A stretch of DNA of 64,000 nucleotides from Squalus acanthias (Eukaryota), in NCBI GenBank assembly GCA_030390025.1, contig CM059447.1, positions 13,640,001-13,704,000 of the forward strand, written 5' to 3'. A program made the translations under genes and the position numbers. This document shows positions 47,418 through 60,660 of this stretch, in pieces (position 1 is the first letter of the stretch; the number at the start of each line of letters is the position of its first letter). Below the pieces are notes generated by a model. The model had not been told where the DNA came from, made no database searches, and saw only the letters and a program-made list of their open reading frames with translations.

Positions 47418-49690
47418 CATAGAACATAGAACATAGAACAGTACAGCCCCTTCGGCCCTCGATGTTGTGCCGAGCATTGTCCAAGACCAAGATCAAGCTA
47501 TCACACTCCCTATCACTCTGGTGTGCTCCATGCGCTTATCCAATAACCGCTTGAAAGTTCCTAAAGTGTCCGACTCCACTATCACAGCAGGCAGTCCATT
47601 CCACACCCCAACCACTCTCTGAGTAAAGAATCTACCTCGGACATCCCTTCTATATCTCCCCCCATGCACCTTATAGTTATGCCCCCTTGTAACAGCTGCC
47701 TCTACCCGAGGAAATAGTCTCTGAACATCCACTCTATCTATCCCCCTCATCATCTTATAAACCTCTATTAAGTCGCCTCTCATCCTCCTCCGCTCTAAAG
47801 AGAAAAGCCCCAACTCCCTCAATCTTTCCTCATAAGACCTCCCCCCCAAACCAGGCAGCATCCTGGTAAATCTCCTTTGCACTCTTTCCAATGCTTCCAC
47901 GTCCTTCCTATAGTGAGGTGACCAGAACTGCACACAATATTCCAAATGTGGTCTCACCAAGGTCCTGTACAGTTGCAGCATAACCTCACGGTTCTTAAAC
48001 TCAAACCCTCTGTTAATAAACGCCAACACACCATAGGCCTTCTTTACTGCTCTATCCACTTGAGTGGCAACCTTCAGAGATCTGTGGATATGAACCCCCA
48101 GATCCCTCTGCTCCTCCACGTTCCTCAGAACCCTGCCGTTGACCCTGTAATCCTTATTCAAATTGGCCCTACCAAAATGAATCACCTCGCACTTATCAGG
48201 GTTAAATTCCATCTGCCATTTTTCGGCCCAGCTCTGCATCCTATCAATGTCTCTTTGCAGCCGACAACTGCCCTCCACCTCATCCACTACTCCACCAATC
48301 TTGGTGTCATCAGCAAATTTACTGATCCACCCTTCAGTCCCCTCCTCCAAGTCATTGATAAAAATCACAAACAGCAGAGGACCCAGCACCGACCCCTGTG
48401 GCACACCGCTGGTAACTGGTCTCCAGTCCGAAAATGTTCCATCCACCACCACCCTCTGCCTTCTATGAGATAGCCAGTTACTTATCCAATCGGCCAAATT
48501 TCCCTCTATCCCACAACTCCTTACTTTCTTCATGAGACGACCATGGGGAACCTTATCAAACGCCTTACTAAAATCCATGTATACGACATCAACTGCTCTA
48601 CCTTCATCTACACACTTAGTTACCTCCTCAAAGAATTCAATCAAATTTGTTAGGCAAGACTTACCCTTCACGAATCCGTGTTGACTATCCCTGATTAAGT
48701 TGCCCCTTTCCAAATGGTCATAAATCCTATCCCTCAGGACCTTTTCCATTATCTTACCAACCACCGAAGTAAGACTAACCGGCCTATAATTACCAGGGTC
48801 ATTCCTATTTCCTTTCTTGAAGAGAGGAACAACATTCGCCACTCTCCAGTCCTCTGGCACCATCCCCGTGGACAGTGAGGACCCAAAGATCAAAGCCAGA
48901 GGCTCTGCAATCTCCTCCCTTGCCTCCCAAAGAATCCTAGGATATATCCCATCTGGCCCAGGGGACTTATCGACCCTCAGGTTCTTCAAAATTGCTAAAA
49001 CATCTTCCCTCAGAACATCTACCACCTCCAGCCTATCCACCTTTATCACACTCTCATCCTCAAGAACATGGCCCCTCTCCTCGGTGAACACTGACGAAAA
49101 GTATTCATTCATCACCTCTCCTATCTCTTCTGACTCCATGCACAAGTTCCCACTACTGTCCTTGACCGGCCCTACCCTCACCCTGGTCATTCTTTTATTT
49201 CTCACATAAGAGTAAAAAGCCTTGGGGTTTTTCTTGATCCGACCCGCCAAGGACTTCTCATGCCCCCTCCTAGCTCTCCTAAGCTCTTTTTTTAGCTCAT
49301 TCCTTGCTACCTTGTACCCCTCAATCGACCCAACTGAACCTTGTTTTCTCATCCTTACATACGCTTCCTTTTTCCTCTTGACTAGACATTCAACCTCTTT
49401 TGTGAACCATGGTTCTCTCACTCGCCATTTCCTCCCTGCCTGACAGGGACATACCTATCAAGGACACGCAGTAATTGCTCCATGAAAAAGCTCCACTTTT
49501 CGTTTGTGCCTTTCCCTGATAGTTTCTGTTCCCATCTTATACTCCCTAATTCTTGCCTAATCGCATCATAATTACCCCTCCCCCAATTATAAACCCTGCC
49601 CTGCCGTATGGCCCTATCCCTCTCCATTGCAATAGTGAAAGTTACCGAATTGTGGTCACTATCTCCAAAGTGCTCTCCCACATACAAATC
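47418..49690 (-). mobile_element. Young 5'-truncated CR1 LINE with open RT-containing ORF2 fragment, in the MAFG intron
   Basis: 642-aa ORF 47493-49421 with YMDFSKAFD, GVPQGSVLGP, FADD and CR1 C-terminus. An upstream piece (GDSDH, end of the endonuclease domain) is offset by one frameshift at about 49420. Tail (CATAGAA)n on +. Confidence 0.96.
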
Positions 49691-50489
49691 AAAGCTTCAT
49701 TTATGCTAGAACCTCTGCTAATACGTGGAGAGTTCTTAATATTTCTGCAACCATTCCAACATAGTATTTTGTTATGTGCCCTAGTTGATAAAAGTGCTGC
49801 AAATCAGATTTACACGTGAAAGAAATGGATGTTGTATATTCGCAGTGTTGAAGTTCAGAACAATTTGGGACTCAACGGTTTATATCTAAAACACTGTTGC
49901 ACTGAAATTGGAAATATGTTGTCACCTTCACTGTAGTTGTTGATTCTGTCACGTCAGATAACTCATTGTACGGTTTCATTACTTTAATGACCACTATATT
50001 TAGTCAGATTTTTAAACATCTGGATGGTAGTTAACTTTCCAGAGAAATTACATTAAGCATAGTTTTTTTTTTTTTAAATACAGCGAGTCCATTAACTAGA
50101 ATGATTTGTTGCTCGATAGTTACAAGTCAATGTAACTGCATAACCTCCAGGTGAGTGGGTTTTAAATAAAAACGAATATTTATTATTGTAGTCCTAAATT
50201 ATTAATAAAGCCTGGATCTTGGTGAACTCCCAGAATCAATGTTTAGGGTGGCAGTGCACAGCACATTTGAAAAAGACCTAAAAGCCCCCCTTGTAAACCA
50301 GAGATGAATGGCTGTCGCTGTCCAGGAGGGAGCATTATATACACAATTAATGCCAGGTGAACATTAAAATCAATTTTTTTTTTTTTTACAGTTAACTGCA
50401 ATACTTACTATTTTCCATCTGTAAAACTCAAATGACATAGCAGGAGCAATTTAAATGTATCGTTAATTCTCAATTAACGTACTGTGCGT

Positions 50490-51245
50490 AGGACTGCAAG
50501 AGACTTCAGGAGGGCATAGACAGGTTAGTAGATTGGGTAGATGGATGAAATGTACATTTTGAAAGAAGGACAAACGTTCATATACACTGAATGGTAACAT
50601 TTTAAAAAGGAGTAGAGGAGCAGAGAGATTTAGAGGTTCAGATATGCAGCTCTTTAAAAAGTGGGTGAACAAGATGATAAAGCGGTTTAAAAATAAAGCA
50701 CAATGGATCATAGGTTTTAAAAGTAGGGGAATGGAGCACAAAAGCAACAAGGGAATGCTAAACCTATTAAATCAGTGGTTAGGCTGCAGTTACAGTACTG
50801 TGTCTAGTTTTGGGCACCTTACTTTAGGAAGGATGTCAAGGCCATGGAGAGATACCTGGGATGAGCGGCTTTTGTAATGAGGAGAGACCAGAGAAACTGA
50901 GCCTCTGAGAAAGGTTAAGAGAGGATCTGATTGAAAGTTTTGCTAAGGTAAATATTATTTCTACTGGTTGGGGCGAGTCAGTAACCAAAGGGCAAAAGCT
51001 TAAGATAATCACCAAAGAACTGAACGTAAAGGTTGGGAGAACAGCAGTGTACGACATGGAATGCCTGCCCCACCAGAAACAGGTGACAGAAGCAGAATCT
51101 ATAATAGCATTTAAAATTAAAGTGGATAATATTTTTTTTTTTTAAATGAAAAGCTTAAAAAGGGTATGGGGAAAGGGGCCAATTGGACATCCCTTTCCGA
51201 TGGAACAAAATGACCTTCGATGCTGTAAAATTCTACGATTCTAGA
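50490..51245 (+). mobile_element. Degraded CR1 3' region
   Basis: Remnants LQYCV.FWAP and LRED LIE, plus the tail. Confidence 0.75.
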
Positions 51246-51418
51246 TAAGGCTATTAAAAAAGATAAAGAAAACTAGGAGTATATAAAATGACACTATTTT
51301 AAGTGTACATCAGTTTCATCGAGAGTCATCAAACATGGATTATACATCACAGTAGCAGAATTATTTGACAAAACAGGAAGAAAGGCAAATTTTACTTTCT
51401 GAAGACAGAAAAAACATT

Positions 51419-52164
51419 GGCCCGAAAATTAGACCTAATACGCGAGAGTACGCACTGTGTACTCTCGCGTTTTAGGTCTCCAATTGCCGGTTTCCTGCAT
51501 GCACTGCGCATGCGCGGGAAACCGGCACTTCGTGAATTCAAAAGGGGGCGGTTCCTAAGTGAACCGCGTGCGCGCTACAGGCTGCGCGCACGCAGTGCAC
51601 TTAGTGCTTTGAACGCGCAGGTAAGCATGGAAGATTTTACACATAAAGAAAGGAGGCGTAAGACCCTCTTTTAACAAGGTAAGTAGTTAATTAAGTATTA
51701 TTTTAAATTTTTCTCAGCAGGTTTATCTTTTTTAGAGACTTTAAAGAAAGGTAAGTTTATTTTTTATAACTTTTAAAAAGATTTTAAATTTTTTCAAAAA
51801 TTTAATTTTTTGTTTAAAGTGGTTAATTTATTTAACTATACTTATTTTATTAATGTGATGACTTTTTTTTTAAATTTAATGGAGGTTTAGCTGTTCTTTT
51901 GGGGGTGTGTAGGATTCATAGCTTTGACAGCCCTTGCTGTTAAAACTATGAATGAAAGATGGTGTGCTGCCATTGGCTCTAACTGAATCACGTGATCCCA
52001 GAGCTCGCACGAACTAACTGCGTCTCTGGGTCACGCAAGCACTGCACAGCTGCAGCCTTGAAACTAAAGTTCGTGGGGGCCCGGAGGAAAAAGGTAGGCG
52101 CGGAGTGAGATATCGCGGGGAAGCCTTACCCCCGCGTGAACACTCAGTGTTTAATTTCTGGGCC
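51419..52164. mobile_element. Non-autonomous DNA transposon (Harbinger-like), TIR GGCCC(G/A)..AATT
   Basis: GGCCCGAAAATTA / TAATTTCTGGGCC; TSD ATT (51416-51418, 52165-52167). Shares ATTGGCT...CACGTGATCCCAG with 35701-36813. Confidence 0.85.
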
Positions 52165-52625
52165 ATTAAAAATTAAAGCTCAATGTGTCACCAACACTGC
52201 ATGTGGCAACTTCAGAAGTGACAAAAAAAAAACTATTGAAATAAGCCATTAAATAACAGGAAAAAAGTACATCAGTTTCATTAACCTTTTACCAGCCGCC
52301 TTACGAGAAAATAAATAGCATTGTGGTGTGGGGGGCAGCAAAAAAAAAATCACAATGTTTAGTTTTTTTTAGAGCAAGGCCTCAATAAATAATGGTATAG
52401 TCCAACTAATTTCAGTTTGCTCTACTGTATCGAAGTATCTTTGGACTTGATGCTTTGGGCAGGTGTAGAATTATTAAGACACATTAAAAAAAGTTTATTT
52501 TTTTACATTTTCAACCAAGAGAAGATGAACCAAATCCTTAGCCCCACCCCCCACATTTATAAGAATAGTGCACCCGGAAAAGCACTTCCCATTTTCTCAT
52601 TGAATATTTAACTTTACTCTCTCTA

Positions 52626-52686
52626 GGAGATATATAGATATAGATATATATATATATAGAGAGAGAGAGATAGATAGATAGAGAGA
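52626..52686. repeat. Compound (TA)/(GA)/(TAGA) microsatellite
   Basis: Directly visible. Confidence 0.9.
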
Positions 52687-53334
52687 TAAAAATAAAACTC
52701 TATATAGAAAAGGCTTAAACCAGGATTTGGCTTTTTCGGTCTTCAGAAAATAAAATTTGACTTTTACGTAACAACACAGTTTCTACTGAATTTCTGATGA
52801 AATTTTACTGCAGGTTATTCACTACACATTTTAGGGAAGCCTAGCAAAATGTGGAAGGGTTCAGCAACGTGAACGGTTTAATTAAAATCATTGTGCGGAG
52901 AGGTCTTGACGGTGGCACAGCAGAAAGTTGCTTTGTTTCAATATTTAGATGAATGGAAATATTTTTTTTTTTTTTTTAAACACGGTGGGTAGCCATCAAG
53001 ACCTCAAGTGACAAAAAGCCTTGGCTAGCTCTCTGATCTGCAGCAATGAAGAGAAGCTGCAGATAGATAGCATCAATATAAGGACCATGTGCACCGTTAG
53101 ACAGCTCACGGAGACCCTCTAGGGACAGCAACATATAGCACCACAGGATACCATGCTATTTTTGTCACCACAGTTGGGCATTTTCTACTGATATGGCCTC
53201 CGAAACAAACCCCTTCACAGGAAAGGAGACCAGGAACCTGAAATTTAGTAACCACTAACAAAATCTATATTTTACAGATGATAAATTATGCTACAGTAAA
53301 TGGAGATAGTTTGACCACAAAAAAGTTTTGGGTA

Positions 53335-53718
53335 ACAACAAACAGCATTTATATAGCACCTTTAACGTAGTAAGAAGTCCCAAGGCGCTGCACAGGAGTG
53401 TTACAGGACAAAAAATTTGACACTGAGCCACTTAAGGAAAAATTAGGGCAGATGACCAAAAGCTTGGTCAATGAGGTAGGTTTTAAGGCGCGTCTTAAAG
53501 GAGGAAAGAGGTAGAGGCGCGGAAGAGGTTTAGGGAGGGAATTCCAGAGCTTAGGGCCTAGGCAAGAGAAGGCACGGCCACCAATGGTTGAGCGATTATA
53601 ATCAGGGATGCTCAAGAGGGCAGAATTAGAGCTGCGCAGATATTTCGGAGGGTTGTGGGGCTGGAGGAGATTACAGAGATAGGGAGGGGCGAGGCCATGG
53701 AGGGATTTGAAAACAAGG
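53335..53718 (-). mobile_element. L2-type LINE 3' end
   Basis: SIPDYNRSTIGGRAFSCLGPKLWNSLP; reverse complement of the 30897-31298 family. Confidence 0.9.
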
Positions 53719-53896
53719 ACGATCTCAGTACAGCAGTAGGTTCTATTCTATGAGTCTACATATGAAAACATACTGCAGCTAGCATTTTCTGGGAAAGGCG
53801 CCATGCATTCTTGATCAGCCAAAAAAAAACCGGATAAGTAGAAATAACAACGGGGAGAGATGTAGTGATTTTTAACAAAAAAAACACAACATATTC

Positions 53897-54120
53897 TTTG
53901 GAATTCTCTACCCCAGAGGGCTGTGGCTGCTCAAGTCGTTGAGTAGATTCAAGACTGAAATCGATAGATTTTTGGCCATTAAGAGAATCAAGGGATATGG
54001 GGATAGGGCGAGAAAGTGGAGTTGAGGTGAGGTCGAAGGTGAGCCATGATCTTATTGAATGGCAGAGCAGACTCGAGAAGCCATTTGGCCAGGCCTGCTC
54101 CTATTTCTTGTATTCTTATA
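53897..54120 (+). mobile_element. CR1 3' tail
   Basis: WNSLPQRAV, EIDRFL, and GCCATGATCTTATTGAATGGC...CCTGCTCCTATTTC. Confidence 0.85.
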
Positions 54121-55269
54121 CATTTTGAATAATGAGTAAGCTTGTTTTGCTGAAATTTAAGTGTTTATTTTAGGGGGCGGAAACGCACGTGGAGCACAAA
54201 TCAAACGGTGGAAATGTTCCGACGTTCCCTACTGTGAATTACAGTGTAAACAGGACGGCTCCAAATGAGTCTGTCTGGTACCTGGAGCAAATTATACTGG
54301 AACAGCTCCAGGAACCTGTATAAAAATAGGGTCTCGGATTTCCCCCAAGTGTTGCATGTTCATTTACCAAACATGTTTCTGAATGTTACTCCGCTTCACG
54401 GATTATGCACTTTTAAAGGGAAATGTTGAGTAATTTTTGAATTAGTTGCAGCAATAGAGGAACGGTGAATCTCTGCCCAGAATAATTTGTGTGAAGAGAA
54501 ATCTTTGTTCCTACTTTGTTGAAATATTATCATTTGTCTTTAGAGGGCTAGTCCTGAGTGCACTTGCACTGCTCTCCAAAGATCACCACTATTATATTAG
54601 GAGGTTTTTATTTTTAAATTAGATTTTTTGTGAATTATGTGCTAATCAACACAAAGGATGTTAGTGCTGGGAAATGGCAGTGTTCCAGTCCAGATGCTCA
54701 ATGTGATGATGCAATCACAGGTCAGCTATAGTAAAACTTCTTCTATTCTTCCCCACAAATTGCCTCTGCCCAAATCTCCCATTCCCACTGGCACCTCTAT
54801 GTCATGTTTACATTTTCCATACCAGCCAGCCTTTCTTAATGAAATTGCAAATTTAGTGCAATTAAAACTGAATTAGAGGCAGTTTTGTGCTGCCGACTAG
54901 CAATTGGATTGAGTTTGGGCAAATTTACAGGTATCAGACAGAGGTGGCTTTCACTCCATCACACCGGGCTGAAATTTAGGCCAGTTTCTAAACTTGATTA
55001 TTTATGAAGAAAAGCTTTGAACTGCACATTTTACAAAGTACTTCTCCAAAACCCAAAAATATGACCGAGATATTTCCTATTTATTCAGAGATATCCACAT
55101 TTTAGTAAATTATTTTGACCTTCTTGGAGGTCCACCATGTCAGAGCTTCATTCCATTTCCGAGTTGCTTCAGGAACGTAGGATACAGTGTTGGGACTGCA
55201 TGCATTCCACAACAGCTCCATTCATTTCAATGAGTCGGCCCTTGGGACAACCCTACAGCTGCCTGATCA

Positions 55270-57050
55270 ACATAGCAACAGGAGCAGGCCATTCAGCCCC
55301 TCGAGGATATTCTGCCATTCAATTAGATCATGGCTAATCTGTACCTCAACTCTATTTCCTTGCCTTTGCTACATATACCCCTTGATACTCATACCCAACA
55401 AAAATCTATCAATCTCAGTTTTGAAAATTTAGCATCCACAGTCTTTGGGGGGTGGGGAAAAAAAAAAAGAGTTCCAGATTTCTACCATCCTTTGTCTGAA
55501 AAAGTGCTTCCTGATTTCACTCCTAAAGGCCTTACTCCAATTTTAAGATTATACTCCCTAGTTCTGGATTCCCCCCCACCAGAGGAAATAGTTCAATCTT
55601 TACCCTATCATTCTAAATTAGATCACCCCTCAACCGCCTAAACTCAAAAGGAATATAACCAAGTTTAATCAACCTTTTCTCATAATTTAACCCTTTAAAC
55701 TGGCATCAGTCTGCTGAATATACACTGTGCTCCCTCCAAGGCCAATATATATTTCCTGAGGTTCAGTGCCCAAAGCTGAACGCAGTACTCCAGATAGTAT
55801 CTGACCAAAGGCTCTGTATAACTGAAGCATCACTTCCTCACTTTTGAATTCCAACGGCCTTTTCCATTAGCTATTTTGATTACTTTTTGTATCTGTACAC
55901 ATGGACATCCAAACCCCTTTGCTCCTCCACAGCTCCCAGTCCCTCTCCATTAAGAGAATATTTTGATCCGTCTTTCCTCAGTTCCAAAGTGGCTGATCTC
56001 ACACTCGCCACATTTGAGTTCCAGCTGCCAGTTTTGCCCACTCACTTAATCTGCCCACGTCCCTTTGTAACTTCCTGCTGGAAGATACCCTGTTCTTATA
56101 TACATAGGATTAGGATTTGGTTTAATTTCATATGATTAAAGTTTTTTTCTTTTGACATTAATAGCTTGTAGATTTGTACTGTAGCTAGAAATAATGCAAT
56201 GGTTAAGTTGTTTAAACCCTAAAGCATCCTGGGAATGATGTGTCAGTGCACCATTTAGCTGACTGTTGTTTATTTTCTGCCGAGGTGCGGGATGTGCTAA
56301 TTCGTGCCTGTTGCCTAAACTTTGTCAATGCATTGTGAAATGATAGCCTTGAGATAGGAAACAAGATAATGGGACCAAGATGATTAGTTACATGGTTAAT
56401 GGTAAACAAGACTGGCCATCTGGAATTTGTTTCGAACTACCTCATTTCTGGGGTTCTTGTTCACATTGAACTACTATCATGCCATAATGAATCATCAGGG
56501 ACAGTGTGTGACTAGAGGCCTATAAAGATCTTGAGCTTTCCTTCACAATTTGTAGAGCGAGATAATAACGAAAGGATCGATGAAGGTTACGGCTCTCTAC
56601 CTAGAGGAAAAGCAGGGCAATTGCGTTTATATCTCTCTGTGTGACTACTGCTAAGACATCGAGTGTGTCAAGACTTGGTCGAACACAATAAATGGTTTGG
56701 TTGCAACCATATTTGGGGTCAGATTCGAACTCTCTTACACTCCTCCCATCTGTACAACTTACTGTGCCTCCTAACATCCAAGTCATTAATATAAATGGTG
56801 AAAAGCTGAGGCCCCAGTACAGACCTATGGAGAACACCACTTGTCACATCCCGCCAATCAGAGAATGTTCCCTTTATCCCTACTCTCCGTTTCCTACTTC
56901 CCAACCCAGATCACAAGGTTACCTCAGACACCATAAGCTTTAATTTTTGCTAATAATCTATTACACGGAACCTAATCAAATGCCTTCTGTAGTCCATGTA
57001 GACAACATCCGTAGACATTCCACTATCCACCATGCTGGTGACTGCCTCGA
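55270..57050 (-). mobile_element. Older CR1 fragment split by a solo LTR
   Basis: Tail GGCCATTCAGCCCCTCGAG at about 55287, LEYCVQLW remnant, and WRDVTSGVLHRSVLGPQLFTIYINDLD (ORF 56719-56904). Confidence 0.85.
56079..56739 (+). mobile_element. Solo LTR (Gypsy/ERV-like)
   Basis: TGGAAGA...TCTTACA termini (one mismatch from a TGTAAGA inverted repeat); near-TSD CTGC/CTCC; TATAAA at about 56521 and AATAAA at about 56687. The flanks rejoin as continuous CR1. Confidence 0.7.
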
Positions 57051-59985
57051 GAAATTACAGACAGACAAACACTTAGATTGTGCCATAAGCTAATCACTCA
57101 AGAAACTCAAAATTGGATCAGAGATCCAAAATGGTGGGTCCCCATATGGCTGAAAACACATTGTAAAAAATAGGGACAGAAAATACTCCCCCTCAGCCTT
57201 ACTTTGTGTGTGTTTATAACAGCAATTGTCCAACAATCCACCGATGAAATAAACTAAATAGATCAAACGTTTACATGTGCAGTCATTTCATTACTATAAG
57301 TGCATGGCAATTTATCTGCAACTGACATTTTCCATTTTAAGTTTTAAAGAAAAATTCAGCTGTCATAGCTTTCAGGCATGTGGTCCCCTTGAGTTTAGAA
57401 ACACATTCATGAAAACGTCGGCAAACCGAGAAGATTCCTTGGAGCCTAAATTAAGCATCAACTGGTGTTTAGTTACGTTCTGTATAGCATTCAGATTTAC
57501 TTTATACTAGTAAATCCCTTGTGGCGTTGCTGAAGGTTATGGGGTTTTGTAATGACAAGAGCACACAGATGTATTATTCTGCTGCTAAAAGTGGAGATCT
57601 GTTCAAGATGGCCTATCCTTTTAAGGTCACAAAGTCTAATTGTTGTGAAAATACACAAGCCCGAGGTCATTTAGAGTTGAACTGCAGTTAGTGGGGACAG
57701 TTTGCAGATTGCCAGCTGCTTGTAAATTTCCAGCTGTAGGTCAAGCTGCAAGCCTCCCTCACCAACAGCAAACAATCTTCATTTGGACTGCAGTATCAAC
57801 TCAAAAAAAAACTATATACACACACAATAGATTTAGGAACATGCAAACACAGGAATATATAGGATCAGAAAAAGACAACAGTGGTCCATTTTACCAGTCT
57901 CAATTTCTAAAAGAAATATCATATCCCACACCTCTACCACATTTTTCTTTGGGTAATAATCCAATTCTCTTGAATTGGCAATATAAATAGATCTTCCTGC
58001 CTCCTTTGACAGACCATTCCATACATTTACCATCCACTACAAAACTAGTTAAATTTCATCCTTCAAGTTTAAGATCACGTGGTCTTATTGCAGAATCTGT
58101 GACTATGTTAAATATACTGACAGTCATCTTCTCTGTACCCTTTAGGACCTCGAGGACTTCTTATAAAGATCACTCCCGATTTGTTGAAAATAAAGTTGAT
58201 TTAATCATGACATTCCAATCAGGAATTACATTTGGGCTCTCCGCTTGAAGGGATGGGAGTGTTATCAGGAATCAGGAACAGCCCCTGCTTTTTAGGAGAA
58301 GTAGTCAGGGGGGGGGGGGAGCAGTTTTGAACCATTAAGGTCAGGCCGACAGGATGACAATTTTCAAACACTTCACCCAAAGGTGAATGTTCCCAGCAGT
58401 AAAACACCTCCCCATAACTTTGCACTGGGCATGTTAGCATGCGATAAGATTTCAACTCGTAGTCCAATGGAGATCTGCACGCACAAACTTCTGGCATAGC
58501 ATCTGGTCACGTAATTTCTACTGGCTTTCTGCTTGCTGCATGGTCTGATAGTGAATCAACTTCCTCCACATGACACCGCACAAACCATTTTCTGCTTATT
58601 AGTAAGCACAAGGCCACAGCTGGTCAATACAGAGGATGACTAATTGCAGCCGTTCATCAGAAAAAAGTAGCGATGAGTAATTTTGAAAAAAATGTTTTTT
58701 AAGTTTCACTTTTTAAGTGAGATGGTGGATTCTGTGGCTGAAATGATCAAACTAGCAATGTTCCTCAGAATGCACTTAAAAAAAATGATTGAGTACTGAA
58801 ATGTTACTGATGGTGATATTAGCAGACAAACCTTTAAGCCTTTGTATGGTGTTTCTTTGGCTGCTATTTTAAAGCAGGTGTCAACCAATTTATTTTAAAC
58901 ACCTCCATTATCATACAGACACATTAGGTGTTCACCTGCTATTATTGTAACATTAATTTCTAGGGCTATATCATTAGGAATACACAGTTTCTAGCATTAA
59001 AACAACTCATGCCAAGATAACTCAAATGAGAAACTGATGTCAGAGCATCACAGTCCAACGTAGTACCAAATTTATTACTTCGCAGGCTTGGTTACTGGCT
59101 TATTCTGCTGTTTGCAATGTTATCCTACACATGACTCCATGGAACTGAAGTAACACAAGCGACATTTCTTTCCATATAGCACCCAATGGCAAATTTGGCC
59201 AGGTTTGCTTTGAATTATGGAGTCGGGTAGCATCACTCACTATTAGCAGGATCTGGAGCTCAAGTTGCCTTGCAACTAGAATATTCCATCTTTACTATTT
59301 AGACTTTCAGGCTGGTGGACAGTCACACCGGGACGTATAAATGTTCTACGGGGAGACATATTATCCCACAAGTCTATCCTACAGGATATATAGTGCGTGG
59401 GGGAAAAGAAAAGTTTTCTGCACTTGTCTTCTATCTAGTAATCCCTGCTCGGTGCACATTGGGTGATGACTGCATCAGTCTTGATTGTGATGTTTCCAAT
59501 GGTCAAATAGCCTGCTAAAACTCTCACACAAAGAATGGCCACTTAAGTGAGGGACTGAAGGGCACCTTGTTACTTGAATCCATAATGTAGTGAGCAAGCA
59601 AAACCACTTGGAGAGAAGGGAGATTGGGGGGGGGGGGGGGGGGGGGGGGGAAATGGAAGAAAAAAAGGCAGAACAATTAGGAAGGCAAAAAGCCAACACA
59701 TAAAAAGAAAGAACTCAGGTAGATCATAAAGAAAATCTCAGTGAAATACTGGCCATTCTTTTCATGTACTAAACTATTTAATAATTTCTAGTTCCTTATC
59801 TTGAGGATGAAATGAAACACAGATACAAATTCAGAAACCAACATAGTAGATTCTAGGTAGCGTTATTAACTCAACATGAAATTTTAGCCAGCAGGATCAA
59901 GACCCGTATTAAAGACATCTGATGCTTTGCTTTACTGGAACTTAGCACCCTGTGCATGAAATGTTTAAAGGGAGGTCAGCTGTAC

Positions 59986-60021
59986 CTTTAAGGCCTTGTT
60001 TCCCTTGTTAGTAGTCGTCAT
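59986..60021 (-). CDS. MAFG: MAFG first coding exon (exon spans 59986-60049)
   Basis: Acceptor CTTTTCCAACAG| at 60050. Translates MTTTNKGNKALK, then |GTACAG (recalled human MTTPNKGNKALK). Phase 0 joins VKREPG. Confidence 0.95.
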
Positions 60022-60186
60022 ACCACGGCACACTTTCAATCACGCAAACCTGTTGGAAAAGAAAGTAAAAAGTAAACTTTTTGGGGGGCAATGTTTTTGT
60101 AAATAGCTAAGGAATTAAATACTTTGCATCCAGATGCAGCTTCCATTTGGAGCCATCAAGAGAGGCTATTAACACACATGTTCAAT

Positions 60187-60395
60187 GAGCAGGGGAGTTA
60201 TCCCTGGTGTCCTGGCCAATATTTATCCCTCAATCTGGTTATCACATTGCTGTTTGTGGGATCTTGCAGTGCGCAAATTGCGTGTTTCCTACATTACAAC
60301 AGTGACTACACTTCAAAAAAGTACTTCATTGGCTGTAAAGCGCTTTGGGACGTCCAGTGGTCATGAAAGGCGCTGTAGAAATGCAACTCTCTCTT
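60187..60395 (+). mobile_element. Deu-SINE 3' half
   Basis: GAGCAGGGGAGTTATCCCTGGTGTCCTGGCCAATATTTATCCCTC through the tail. Confidence 0.85.
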
Positions 60396-60469
60396 ATTCA
60401 ACGAGTAGCTGAGCCTTGAAGTCTAAAGATCTGACACTTGACGGTGCTGAGCAGTAGGGATGCTACAGG

Positions 60470-60660
60470 TATGCCAGGCGAGGTCAGGGTTGGACTTAGC
60501 GGTGATGCTCCCTATGTTTGAATAGCCTGCCAATGTTCATGAAAAAAAAATCACCATTTGGACAAAGTACCCAAGGGTGACCAGATCTGTAAAGTTATAT
60601 CCCAGACGGAGCTTAATGACTTCAGGAGAGATGGGCAGGGGAGAAAATTGTCAAGGAGGA
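60470..60660 (+). mobile_element. LF-SINE-like 3' fragment
   Basis: GAATAGCCTGCC...CTTCAGGAGAG...GGGGAGAAAATTG, similar to 61860-62030. Confidence 0.55.

Noticed and set aside
47946-49209. Long plus-strand ORFs (175 and 130 aa)
   Set aside because: Antisense shadows of the CR1 ORF.
58219-58497. Cys/His-containing 92-aa ORF in the MAFG intron
   Set aside because: No recognisable motif spacing or exon boundaries.
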